This document shows, one piece after another, positions 46,639-56,026 of a DNA stretch of 64,000 bases (its first letter is position 1; every line of letters begins with the position of its first letter). Made by a program: the position numbers and the translations under genes. Where the stretch lies: IMG/VR virus record IMGVR_UViG_3300028887_000075, positions 1 through 64,000 of that record; one strand, 5' to 3'. The stretch comes from a virus (Duplodnaviria; Caudoviricetes). The notes below the pieces were generated by a model that saw only the letters and a list, made by a program, of their open reading frames with translations, did not search any database and was not told the origin of the DNA.

Positions 46639-47488
46639 TGAAAAGTTGCATGGAATCAGGTTGGCAATGAACTATGTCGCCCTTGAGCGTGAGAGCCGCA
46701 TGGAAAAGGACAGGCACACGTTCGACTTCAGCCTGTGCTATGACCCGGATGAACTCGGCAAGTACGGGATAATGGTGATAAACGACGCCCTTGGTAACAC
46801 CTCGTTCGAGCTGCACAACGGGGTCTGCCTGGGATACCTGCTGGACATGGTGGGTGAGCCGTTCAAGTTCGCCGTCCATTTCGGCGTTGAAACGCATCCG
46901 TCCTTTGTGGGACCGGATGCGGCGTTCGGGTTCCGCATGGTCCGGCCCGTGTTCAAGACCGGGAGAAAGTTCTGGTCAAGGGATGAATCCGGTAGGGCGG
47001 TTAAGGTCAAGGAACCACAGCTGAACTGGTACCAGCCGACCATGGGTGCGTTGAATTTCCATGCGGAACTGCTCCGCAGGCTGCTTTTCGCCAAGGCGGA
47101 GTATTTCCGTAGGCTCCCGGAGATGGAGAAGAAGTTCGCGATGATGCAGAAGGTGCGCCGCAGGTCCATGGGCGACCGTGAGTGCATAGAGGGGCTGAAG
47201 CCGGTAGACTACATGGGGAAGGACGGATATACTCTGTCCAGCCTGTATGTTAGGCTGCTGAACGGGCACGAATACATCATGAAACTCCTTCACAAGGAGC
47301 TTGGTGACGATTATTGCCAGTGTACCTGGATTATGTATGACCTGAAGAAGAACGAGCAGGTGGGTGGTCTTCCGCCGAACCTGTACCTGGTACAGGGCGA
47401 CACCGCATCCGGCGAAATGAAGGTACTCATGTGCCTCCCGGGGCTTCGCGTGGACAGGCTGAAGGAAATAGTAGGAAAACTGAAATGA
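46628..47488 (+). CDS. Hypothetical protein
   Basis: 286-aa ORF overlapping both neighbours. Confidence 0.7.
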   Translation: MEDSEKLHGIRLAMNYVALERESRMEKDRHTFDFSLCYDPDELGKYGIMVINDALGNTSFELHNGVCLGYLLDMVGEPFKFAVHFGVETHPSFVGPDAAFGFRMVRPVFKTGRKFWSRDESGRAVKVKEPQLNWYQPTMGALNFHAELLRRLLFAKAEYFRRLPEMEKKFAMMQKVRRRSMGDRECIEGLKPVDYMGKDGYTLSSLYVRLLNGHEYIMKLLHKELGDDYCQCTWIMYDLKKNEQVGGLPPNLYLVQGDTASGEMKVLMCLPGLRVDRLKEIVGKLK

Positions 47489-48087
47489 GAACTTTTTACG
47501 AACTGCCACAACATACCGTAGATACAATGACGTATGCTGGGATAGGAAACCGGGATATAGAATATGTCACCGAACCTGTGTCAGGACAGCCAGTATGCAC
47601 AGTAATGACCTGGATTGCTGGCGAATTGGAAAGACTTGGATACATACTCAACAGCGGTGGTGCCAAGGGCGCGGATTTTGCTTTCGAAGCCGGGGTAAAA
47701 AATGCTGCACACAAGAGGATATTTCGCGCATCCGATGCTACGGACGAGACCCGTGCAATTGCGCAGGAACTGCACCCAGCAAGAAGCAGGCTGTCCGGAT
47801 ATGCGCTCGACCTGTTTGCACGAAATACCTACCAGGTATTCGGCAGGAACTTAGACACGGTGGTCGACTTTGTTCTATGCTATACGCGGGATGGATGCGA
47901 GAGTCATGAGACAAGGTCCAGGGATACCGGAGGAACCGGGCAAGCCATAGAGATGGCTACCAGGAAAGGTTCAGCAGTGTTCAATATGAAAAATCCGGAC
48001 TGGCTGTACCGATTAAACCGTTACCTGCAGAACACCGGGAAAATTCATGCCGGTGCCACCCTGGTCATACCGGGAGGCCGCCAATGA
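47485..48087 (+). CDS. SLOG/DprA(Smf)-like nucleotide-binding protein
   Basis: YAGIGNR, LNSGGAKGADFAFEAG, ARN, GGTGQAI. Confidence 0.72.
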   Translation: MRTFYELPQHTVDTMTYAGIGNRDIEYVTEPVSGQPVCTVMTWIAGELERLGYILNSGGAKGADFAFEAGVKNAAHKRIFRASDATDETRAIAQELHPARSRLSGYALDLFARNTYQVFGRNLDTVVDFVLCYTRDGCESHETRSRDTGGTGQAIEMATRKGSAVFNMKNPDWLYRLNRYLQNTGKIHAGATLVIPGGRQ

Positions 48088-49472
48088 AACTGTTGACCAA
48101 GGACCAGCTTACAGACGACCAGAAGGAAGCGCTGGAATACATCAAGGACTTCATCAAGGGACCCAACCGGGAGATGGTGCTGAGAGGTGCCGCCGGTACC
48201 GGAAAGACCGCCCTGGTCAACGTCCTATTGGCGGAACTCGACAAGCAGAAGTTCTTCGAGTACGTCTGCACGGCCACCACCAACAAGGCCGTGGAAGTAA
48301 TCGCGAGGAACACCGGGAGGGAGTACGACCGGACAATCTATTCCCTCGAAGGGCTTACCGTGAAGGATGACGACGACCGCGGTCCGAGACTGGTCAGGGA
48401 ACCGGGTTCCAAGTCCAGGCTCAAGGAGTACGACCTTGTCATAGTCGACGAGGCTTCCATGGTTCCCCTCCAGCTGATACAGGAAATCGAGCAGGACCTG
48501 ATGGAACACAGCAGGGTCAAGGTGCTCTACATCGGGGACCCCTGCCAGTTGCCCCCGGTGTCTGACGCTCAGGAAGGGTATACCGAGTCGGCCGTGTTCA
48601 GGCTTCCCCTGTGGTACGAGCTCACCAAGGTCATGCGTACCGCCCTCGACAACCCTATCCTCAAGATGGTCACACAGATGCGTTCCGACCTAACCTGCGA
48701 GGGGGACAACTTCGAGCACAAGACGGAGACCCTCGAGGACGGTTCCGGGGTGTTCTTCTACGAGAACCGCGACGAGTTCATGGACAAGATGTACGAATAC
48801 TTTACCCGTCCGGAATACCAGGCGGACAGCGACTACGCCATAGCGGTAGCCTGGAGGAACGTGTCCGTCGATGCCATCAATGCGAAAGTAAGGCAGAAGA
48901 TTTACCCGGAAGAGACCAAGGAGTATACCGATGGCGAGGAGGTCAGGGTCACCAAGGCCTTCCGCCGGCCAGTCCCCGGGAAGAAGGACGTGTTCTATCC
49001 TGTGTATTCAATGGAGGAACGCCTGAGAATCATGGATGTAACCGAGTCCGACGACCCGAAGTACGGCCTTCCCTGCTGGAAGGTGACCGTATGCAACTAC
49101 CGGGCGCTCGCCAAGAACCGTACCACTACGGTGGCATTTATCCTGAAGAAGGAAGCTGTGGTTCAGTATGACATGCTCTGCACCCAGGTCGCCCAGGAAA
49201 GCAAGGCCAGGGCGGTCATGCCGGCCCACAACGGAATGGGGCACATGTATACCAAGAAGGAGGCGTGGGCCCCGTACAACGACCTCCGCCGATTCTACCT
49301 GTGGGTGGACTACATCTACGCCCTTACGACCCACAAGGCCCAGGGCAGCACCGTGGAGAACGTGTTCGTCGTCGAGAGGGACATGGACAAGAACCCCATC
49401 ACCCTGGAGAGGAACGAGCTGAAGTACACGGCGTTCACCAGGGCCTCCCGGGAGCTCCACGTGCTCGTCTAG
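48084..49472 (+). CDS. SF1B DNA helicase (T4 Dda/RecD-like)
   Basis: GAAGTGKT, ATTNKA, IVDEASM, GDPCQLPPV, YALTTHKAQGST, YTAFTRA. Confidence 0.9.
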   Translation: MKLLTKDQLTDDQKEALEYIKDFIKGPNREMVLRGAAGTGKTALVNVLLAELDKQKFFEYVCTATTNKAVEVIARNTGREYDRTIYSLEGLTVKDDDDRGPRLVREPGSKSRLKEYDLVIVDEASMVPLQLIQEIEQDLMEHSRVKVLYIGDPCQLPPVSDAQEGYTESAVFRLPLWYELTKVMRTALDNPILKMVTQMRSDLTCEGDNFEHKTETLEDGSGVFFYENRDEFMDKMYEYFTRPEYQADSDYAIAVAWRNVSVDAINAKVRQKIYPEETKEYTDGEEVRVTKAFRRPVPGKKDVFYPVYSMEERLRIMDVTESDDPKYGLPCWKVTVCNYRALAKNRTTTVAFILKKEAVVQYDMLCTQVAQESKARAVMPAHNGMGHMYTKKEAWAPYNDLRRFYLWVDYIYALTTHKAQGSTVENVFVVERDMDKNPITLERNELKYTAFTRASRELHVLV

Positions 49473-49503
49473 GATTTTTGCTATATTTGGGACCGAGGTT
49501 ACG

Positions 49504-49749
49504 ATGATTAAACATGAAAAACTGAACGGCGTCGCCGACGTGGACAAGTTCATGAACAAGTCCGGATTAAAGCTCCCGCAGGTACAAATTGTATATGCGG
49601 TGCAGAAGTTCGGCGGAAACTACTTCGTGTTCTATGACACAGATGACGTGAAGGTGACCGAGGAGAAACCGGTGGAACCTACCAAGAGGAAGCCGAAGGA
49701 ACCACAGGCGAGCGAACTGTTGCTCACCGATGTAACAGGGAAAAACTAG
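49504..49749 (+). CDS. Small hypothetical protein
   Basis: TTGCTATATTTG at 49478-49489 and GAGG SD. Confidence 0.6.
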   Translation: MIKHEKLNGVADVDKFMNKSGLKLPQVQIVYAVQKFGGNYFVFYDTDDVKVTEEKPVEPTKRKPKEPQASELLLTDVTGKN

Positions 49750-49757
49750 GAGATATT

Positions 49758-51065
49758 ATGTACGGAAAATCCTTAGCACACATAGAGAAAATCAAGTCCG
49801 TCCACCCCATCGAGGGTGCCGACAACATCGAGCGCGTTACCGTTCTCGACTGGAACCTTGTTGCCAAGAAGGGCGAGTTCCAGCCGGGAGACCTGGCACT
49901 CTACGTGGAAATCGGGTCAATCCTCCCGGACGGGCTGGAAGATGCCGACCGTATCCGTGTCAAAGAGCTCGAGAAGATTATCTCCGAGTGGAAGAAGCAC
50001 GAGAAACTTCTGGAGAAGGACGAAGAAAGATGTGTTGAGCCACGTACGGCCCCGGACCTCCCGGTAACAAGGGAGGCTGCCGAGAAGGAAATGGCCGAAA
50101 TCCAGCAGAAGTCCAAGTACCCCTATTTCGAGTTCCTCCGCCCGAAGAAGTTCCGCATCAAGACGATGAACCTCACCAAGTTCGACGTCATCTCCCAGGG
50201 CATCCTGTTCCGTCTCGACGTTGTCGGCATAGACCCTTCCGAGGCGAAAATCGGTGCGGACTTTACCGAGCGCTTCGGAATTACCGAGGAAATCGAGGAT
50301 GCCGAGGAGGCCGGCCTTACCGCCAAGCCTCTCTGGGGTCCGTTCAAGTGGTTCGACAAGAAGCTGATGCGATACAGGTGGTACCGCGACTGGAAGAAGG
50401 CACGTGCCGAGAAGGCCGAGTGGTTCAACTGGTTCCCCGCCAAGTCCGACGAGGAGAACGCCCAGAAGATTTACTCCGGTCTGTACGAGCAGTACGGCGA
50501 CAGGCGCTGGGTGGCCACCGAGAAGCTCGAGGGCCAGTCAATCGCGATTTGCTCCCGGGAAGTGAAGGGGCTGTTCGGGAAGAAAAAGAAGATTTACGTC
50601 GCCTCCCGCACCAGGAACCTCCCGTGGAAGGGATGCTCCACCATGAAGTTCTGGCAAACCGTCAAGAAGCTCGGCCTCGACGAGAAAATCAAGTCTATAC
50701 CGGGAGAATGGTTCTGCCGCGGCGAGCATGTCGGTGAGGGAATCCAGAAGAACATCTACGGGCTCCACGGGAACCTCATCAGGTTCTACGACATCATCCC
50801 GTTCGACAAGGAGAAGGGCAAGTTCTGCGGGAAGTTGGCATACGAGGATACGGTCAGGTTCTGCGAGAAGTACGACCTCCCGTACGTCCCGGTGATTGAC
50901 GACGACTTCCGCCTGCCGGCCGACGTGCAGGACATGCTGAAGATTTCCATCGGGACCACCGTGTTCGGGAACAACCCCAAGCACGAGCGCGAAGGACTTG
51001 TGCTCCGCCTGTACGACAACTACGACGTTTCGTTCAAGGCGAAGTCACCGACCTACAAACTATAG
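49758..51065 (+). CDS. RNA ligase (DRB0094/Rnl5-like)
   Basis: N-terminal HPIEGADNIE...GDLALYVEIGSILP; TEKLEG, GEHVGEGIQKN, REGLV, FKAKS. Confidence 0.85.
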   Translation: MYGKSLAHIEKIKSVHPIEGADNIERVTVLDWNLVAKKGEFQPGDLALYVEIGSILPDGLEDADRIRVKELEKIISEWKKHEKLLEKDEERCVEPRTAPDLPVTREAAEKEMAEIQQKSKYPYFEFLRPKKFRIKTMNLTKFDVISQGILFRLDVVGIDPSEAKIGADFTERFGITEEIEDAEEAGLTAKPLWGPFKWFDKKLMRYRWYRDWKKARAEKAEWFNWFPAKSDEENAQKIYSGLYEQYGDRRWVATEKLEGQSIAICSREVKGLFGKKKKIYVASRTRNLPWKGCSTMKFWQTVKKLGLDEKIKSIPGEWFCRGEHVGEGIQKNIYGLHGNLIRFYDIIPFDKEKGKFCGKLAYEDTVRFCEKYDLPYVPVIDDDFRLPADVQDMLKISIGTTVFGNNPKHEREGLVLRLYDNYDVSFKAKSPTYKL

Positions 51066-51066
51066 G

Positions 51067-51591
51067 ATGGACAGGATGTCACTGAATCTCAATGAAATGG
51101 GTGGGGCTGCGTTCGATGTAATGCATTACCTGGTCAAATGGACTCATGATTTCATCCGGCTATGGTGTCTCTCCCGGTATCGCAGCAAATACGGTGACCC
51201 GGACGGACTCTTACCGTATAACCGGTTCGGGTGGATATGCCTGGCTAACGACATGGTTAATTTCTCGGGTGTAACGCTGGGAATATGCCGGATAAAGCGG
51301 GAATTCCTGGACGATTATTGGAAGTCTGGTACCCGGGAGATACCGGGAGAGGACTATGACTCCAGTCCGGAGAAGGTCATATCGGTAATATATTCCAGGT
51401 TTGCTGACGAGGGCATTACCGACCAGGACCAGATTATCGATATTGCTAAGGAATTCAGTTCCAACGTTGACGAACTAATCAGGATAGTATCATCCGGCTC
51501 TCCCGAAGAAGTTGTCGCACATGCCGATAAATGGCTTGCTGTTACCGGTGAAGCTCCCGTGCGTACCCGGAGGAACCGGCGTAGACAGTAG
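51067..51591 (+). CDS. Hypothetical protein
   Basis: Follows the ligase stop; AT-richer. Confidence 0.55.
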   Translation: MDRMSLNLNEMGGAAFDVMHYLVKWTHDFIRLWCLSRYRSKYGDPDGLLPYNRFGWICLANDMVNFSGVTLGICRIKREFLDDYWKSGTREIPGEDYDSSPEKVISVIYSRFADEGITDQDQIIDIAKEFSSNVDELIRIVSSGSPEEVVAHADKWLAVTGEAPVRTRRNRRRQ

Positions 51592-51600
51592 AACTTTAAC

Positions 51601-51673
51601 GCGGGAGTAGTTCAGTAGGTAGAACGCGACCTTCCCAAGGTCGAAGTCGAGGGTTCGAGACCCTTTTCCCGCT
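51601..51673 (+). tRNA. tRNA-Gly (anticodon CCC), CCA not encoded
   Basis: Acceptor GCGGGAG/TTCCCGC; D arm GTTC..GAAC; anticodon arm CGACC-TTCCCAA-GGTCG; T loop TTCGAGA. Confidence 0.93.
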
Positions 51674-51699
51674 CTAAACTCTAAACTCTAAACCCTAAA
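51672..51699 (+). repeat. (CTCTAAA)x3 + CCCTAAA tandem repeat in the tRNA trailer
   Basis: Read directly from the sequence. Confidence 0.85.
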
Positions 51700-51713
51700 G
51701 AAAAGGAAACCAT

Positions 51714-52145
51714 ATGTCAGAGAAAATTACCGTGCAGTACCTGGACGACACTGTCAAGCGTCTCAGCATCAACGACAAGGGAGACTGGATTGACCTCTAT
51801 GCGGCGGAGACGGTCGAGATGAAGCAGGGCGAACACAAGCTCATCCACCTGGGAGTAGCCATGAAGCTCCCGGAAGGCTACGAGGCGCACCTCGTTCCCC
51901 GCTCGTCCACCTACAAGAAGTGGGGCATCATCCAGGCCAACCATGTTGGCATCATCGACAACTCCTACTCCGGGCCGAACGACTGGTGGATGCTCTCGGC
52001 AATCGCCATGCGCGACACCCGTATCGAGAAGGGCGACAAGATTTGCCAGTTCCGCATTATCCAGCGCCAGCCCGAGATAGAGCTGGCCGAAGGGAAGATG
52101 GAAGGTGCCGACCGGGGAGGCTTCGGGAGCACCGGCACTAAGTAG
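51714..52145 (+). CDS. dut: Trimeric dUTPase
   Basis: [31 protein letters not shown]. Confidence 0.93.
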   Translation: MSEKITVQYLDDTVKRLSINDKGDWIDLYAAETVEMKQGEHKLIHLGVAMKLPEGYEAHLVPRSSTYKKWGIIQANHVGIIDNSYSGPNDWWMLSAIAMRDTRIEKGDKICQFRIIQRQPEIELAEGKMEGADRGGFGSTGTK

Positions 52146-52219
52146 CCATCACCGGCTACTTTTTTGCTATATTTGAGGCACAAGAAACTTACAAACATCA
52201 ACCGACAAGGAATCAACAA

Positions 52220-53038
52220 ATGGCCATTAAGGTTCATACCAAGACAATCTCCCCGGCTATGGCTAAGTCCATGCTGGAAACTTCCTACTCCCTCGGCGTC
52301 ACCAACCGCAAGGTGAGCAATCGTCATGTCGACATCTATGCGGAGGAAATGCGTTCCGGCCGTTGGAAACTCAACGGTGTCGCCATCAAGCTCGACTCCC
52401 AGGGCGGCATCCTCGACGGTCAGCATCGCCTCCTCGCCTGCGTCCAGTCCGGCGTCCCCTTCCAGACCATCGTGATGAACGGGGTAGACCGTGACACGTT
52501 CGACACGCTTGACTGCGGACGTGTCCGAACCACGGCACAGGTTCTCCAGATGGCGAACATCAAGTACAACTCGCTCATCGCCAGCATCATCCGCGGAGTG
52601 GCCGAAATCCGCACCGTCGGAAACATGTCCTACAAGGAGAAACCCATTTCCAACACGGCCTCCCTGGAGGAATACAACAAGCATTCCGCCGCATACGACA
52701 TGGCTGCTGCAATCGGTGCCACGGCCGTTGCCGGTACCAAGGCGATGACCGCCAAGATGTGCGGAGCAATCTACTACCACCTCACCCAGGACCTCAAGCA
52801 GTCCAAGGAAGAGGTCGAGAAGTTCATCCGCGAGATTACCTCTTTCGACAGCAGCAAGAATCCTATTGTCGACAAGCTCCGCAAGTGGAACCTTGCCAAC
52901 CGTGGAATGAAGGTGTCCGACCGTAACCGTCTCGGATATACCATCCTCACCTGGAACGCCATGGTGAACAAGGCAAGGACCGCCCCCAAGTTCTGTGAGG
53001 CGAGCCTCAAGGATTTCCCTGAGTTTGCGGTCAAGTAA
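52220..53038 (+). CDS. Protein with ParB/Srx-like N-terminal domain (DGQHRL)
   Basis: NRKVS...YAEEMRSGRW..ILDGQHRLLA; promoter at 52164-52175. Confidence 0.6.
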   Translation: MAIKVHTKTISPAMAKSMLETSYSLGVTNRKVSNRHVDIYAEEMRSGRWKLNGVAIKLDSQGGILDGQHRLLACVQSGVPFQTIVMNGVDRDTFDTLDCGRVRTTAQVLQMANIKYNSLIASIIRGVAEIRTVGNMSYKEKPISNTASLEEYNKHSAAYDMAAAIGATAVAGTKAMTAKMCGAIYYHLTQDLKQSKEEVEKFIREITSFDSSKNPIVDKLRKWNLANRGMKVSDRNRLGYTILTWNAMVNKARTAPKFCEASLKDFPEFAVK

Positions 53039-53047
53039 AGGAGAAAG

Positions 53048-53737
53048 ATGCGTAACAATTTCTTCATCAAGTCCCCCGTAGTCGAGCTCCTCGACGAAAA
53101 TCGCAAGTCCCTCGGCACGATGCCGTCGGGAAAGGCCAAGGACTTGGCCAATGCGAAGGACATCATGCTCGTCCTCGTCGACGGGCGTGCCAACCCTCCT
53201 GTATACGCTCTGGGTAATGGACCCGAGGACGAAATCATCACGGAGACCGTCCGTCTCCTGGATTCCGACCGCGAGTTCATCGGCATCGTGAGCGCAGCCG
53301 AGGCCAGGAAGATGGCCACGGAGCGCGAGGAGGACATCATCGTCCTCAATGTCAAGGCCGACCCGAACGTCTGCATGCTCGGCGACCGCAAGAAGTACGA
53401 GTACGACAGGAAGAAGGCTGCGAAGGAGAACGACAAGAAGCAGCGTCTGGCCGCGAAGGCCAACGAGCTTAAGGAGCTGAAGCTCCCGGCAGACACGTCG
53501 GACTCCTCAAAGGGTGACCGGATGAGGCTCTTCGAGAGGGCGAAGGAATTCTCCGCCGAGGGACACCCGGTCAAGCTGACCGTGCGCTTCCGCGGCAGGC
53601 AGATGTCCCACGCCAACGACGTCATGGACCGTCTATACGACGAGGCCGTGGCGACTCTCGAGGGGATAACGGTTTCGAGGCCGGTAGCCGCCGGCAACTT
53701 CTTCTCTATGATGTGCCAGCCGGCAAAGAAGAAGTAG
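53048..53737 (+). CDS. infC: Translation initiation factor IF-3 homolog with duplicated N-terminal domain
   Basis: Two IF3-N-like units, basic linker KKYEYDRKKAAKE, C-domain VKLTVRFRGRQ. Confidence 0.8.
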   Translation: MRNNFFIKSPVVELLDENRKSLGTMPSGKAKDLANAKDIMLVLVDGRANPPVYALGNGPEDEIITETVRLLDSDREFIGIVSAAEARKMATEREEDIIVLNVKADPNVCMLGDRKKYEYDRKKAAKENDKKQRLAAKANELKELKLPADTSDSSKGDRMRLFERAKEFSAEGHPVKLTVRFRGRQMSHANDVMDRLYDEAVATLEGITVSRPVAAGNFFSMMCQPAKKK

Positions 53738-53760
53738 CTCGCAAGAGTCCCCAATCCTAA

Positions 53761-53797
53761 GGGCGACCCGGGAAACTCCCGGGCGCTTTTTTATTTT
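53761..53797 (+). terminator. Intrinsic terminator
   Basis: CCCGGGA-AAC-TCCCGGG stem followed by a T tract. Confidence 0.75.
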
Positions 53798-53838
53798 GTG
53801 TAAAAATATTTTTTTCTTATTTTTGTGTTGATTTACTG

Positions 53839-53867
53839 TTGACAAGCTGAAAATAGTTTTTTAATAT
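53839..53867 (+). promoter_or_regulatory. sigma70-type promoter TTGACA-17nt-TAATAT
   Basis: ACTGTTGACAAG is identical to the -35 context upstream of the sigma gene. Confidence 0.6.
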
Positions 53868-53924
53868 ATAGTTTGTAACGTGGGCAACGTGATGCCCATC
53901 AACATACAACGGAAAACACGGAAA

Positions 53925-55259
53925 ATGAGCAAGAAAGATACCGCAGAGTCCAAGAAGATACTCAAGCTTCTCGGAAAACCGACAACGACAACTCGCATCA
54001 CCAAGAACAACAACCCGGCCATCCAGAAGCTGATACACTACTTCGAGGGCGACCTGCAGCAGGTCTACCGCTGGTTCGGCACGCTAGTGACTCTCGGCTG
54101 GTTTGAGGGCGACTACATGGAGTTCCTCAAGAGCGTCAAGAAGAACAAGCAGAAACTCGAGAACCCTGACGGCTCAATCGAATACCCGATGGGAGGAGAA
54201 TGCTCCGAGGTGGTATCCCAGGCGGCTGCCGCGCTCGACGAGGGAATGCTCGTCACGATGCGTAGGGAACTGAACACCGCCAGGACCCAGCTTAAGAACA
54301 TGCAGGCCGCCGACTACGAGAAGCGCCGTCTCATCGAGTCCCTCCGGGAGGAACTGGATGCCGCTAGGCCGGACAAGTTCACGGTAAATGTTCAGAAGGC
54401 GAAGCCGCGCATCAAGGGGAACTACTACAACATCCTTCCGATTTCCGATGTGCATTACGGGGAAACCGTGAAGCCGCAGGACGTGAACGGCCTCAACGAG
54501 TACAACTTCAAGATTTCAAAGCAGCGCCATATCGAGCTGTTCCGCCAGAACCACGAGTTCGCCCAGGCGTTCGGATGCGAGGAGCTTGACATATTCATGC
54601 TGGGTGACATCTTCTCCGGCAACATCCACGACGAGCTCCGGGAGAACAACGAGGCTCCCATTACCAAGTGCATCGTGGACTACTACAAGTTCATTACCGG
54701 GCTCATCGACGCCTACAAGGGCTTCTACAAGACGGTCCGCATCCACTGCGTGGTCGGAAACCATGCCCGTACCACCCAGAAGTACCAGTTCAAGAACAAG
54801 GGTGTCGAGAACTACGAGTATATCCTCTATGCCTTCATCGAGGACAAGTACAATTCCACTAGCGACAACGTGACCGTCAGCCTCGGCGAGTCCACAATCC
54901 TCTTCGCCACCGTCGGCGAGCAGGTCTGGAAGCTCGAGCACGGCGACCGCTACAAGGGAGGCTCCGCCTTCGTGTCCCCGCTGTCCACCACCGTCCGCGA
55001 CAACTTCAAGGACCAGGGCATGTTCGAGACGACCGGTCAGCGCTTCGATGCAGTCATGATGGGTCACTGGCATATTGGTGGCGAATGGTACCTCCCGGGT
55101 ACTACCACGCCCGTCTACATGAACCCCAGCCTCATCGGCCCGGGCGAGTTCGCGGTACACAACTGTCACAGCGCATTCCCGGCCTCCTGCTACTCCTTCA
55201 TTACCGACGGTCACGAGGTCGTCGACAAGAGGCTCATCAACCTGGCCAAGGTGAGATGA
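53925..55259 (+). CDS. Calcineurin-like metallophosphoesterase with N-terminal coiled region
   Basis: ISDVHYG, LGD, GNH, EHGD, GHWH. Confidence 0.8.
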   Translation: MSKKDTAESKKILKLLGKPTTTTRITKNNNPAIQKLIHYFEGDLQQVYRWFGTLVTLGWFEGDYMEFLKSVKKNKQKLENPDGSIEYPMGGECSEVVSQAAAALDEGMLVTMRRELNTARTQLKNMQAADYEKRRLIESLREELDAARPDKFTVNVQKAKPRIKGNYYNILPISDVHYGETVKPQDVNGLNEYNFKISKQRHIELFRQNHEFAQAFGCEELDIFMLGDIFSGNIHDELRENNEAPITKCIVDYYKFITGLIDAYKGFYKTVRIHCVVGNHARTTQKYQFKNKGVENYEYILYAFIEDKYNSTSDNVTVSLGESTILFATVGEQVWKLEHGDRYKGGSAFVSPLSTTVRDNFKDQGMFETTGQRFDAVMMGHWHIGGEWYLPGTTTPVYMNPSLIGPGEFAVHNCHSAFPASCYSFITDGHEVVDKRLINLAKVR

Positions 55260-56026
55260 TTGTAATTTCAGAGAATTCCGTTGTGTTCGCCGAAGTGGAA
55301 CGCATGCTTCATGCGCTCCACGACGGCGATTCCGCTTTTGACGACAAGGTCGTCGTCCTCGGATACAACGTGGTCAAGTACCTCCCGCAGGCGCTCAGGA
55401 GAAAGTACCCTGGCAAGAAGATAGTGGTCTACCAGCTCGAGCAGCTGTTCCCCGGCTCCAAGTGGGCCAACCAGCACGCAGAGAAGTGGCTCCGCAACGT
55501 GGACGAGGTCTGGGAGTACGACCTGTCCAACATGGACTACCTGAACCGCACTGGGTTCAAGAACATAGTATACCGCCCGATGACCTACTGCGAGGCCCTC
55601 CGGGACATCCCGGAAGCTCCCAAGGACATCGACATACTCTTCTACGGCTATCCCACGCCAAGGAGACTGGAAGTACTGGGGAGCCTGATGGAGCATACCT
55701 GGACGAGGTACTCGCTCGTGTGGGCTACCGGGGTGACCGGGGAGAAGCTGCGCAACCTTGTTTCCCGCTCGAAGGTGATACTGAACGTCCATGCCTTCAG
55801 GGAGAACTGCCGGCAGGAACAGGTGAGGATGTTCTATCCTGTCATAAACGGCGCCTGCGTGGTTTCGGAGAAGTCCCCGCACAACGAGTTCGGAAAGTCG
55901 ATAGTCGTGTGCGACACGGGCAAGATTGCCGCCACCGTAGCCCATGTGCTCAACAGGGGGCTCTGGGAGGAAGTCGGGAAGAACGCCCCGGAAGTCTACC
56001 GGAAGCACTGCGAGGAGAGGAAATGA
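55256..56026 (+). CDS. Glycosyltransferase-like protein (GT-B/CgeB-like)
   Basis: DIDILFYG...RR, RSKVILNVH, R...VVSE. Confidence 0.65.
   Translation: MIVISENSVVFAEVERMLHALHDGDSAFDDKVVVLGYNVVKYLPQALRRKYPGKKIVVYQLEQLFPGSKWANQHAEKWLRNVDEVWEYDLSNMDYLNRTGFKNIVYRPMTYCEALRDIPEAPKDIDILFYGYPTPRRLEVLGSLMEHTWTRYSLVWATGVTGEKLRNLVSRSKVILNVHAFRENCRQEQVRMFYPVINGACVVSEKSPHNEFGKSIVVCDTGKIAATVAHVLNRGLWEEVGKNAPEVYRKHCEERK

Noticed and set aside
46378-47488. Complete HicAB toxin-antitoxin pair
   Set aside because: The neighbouring 286-aa ORF has neither HicA size nor its motif; only the HicB-like gene is supported
51601-51673. tRNA as a prophage attachment site
   Set aside because: No integrase, no duplicated tRNA 3' end, and phage-like genes and promoters on both sides
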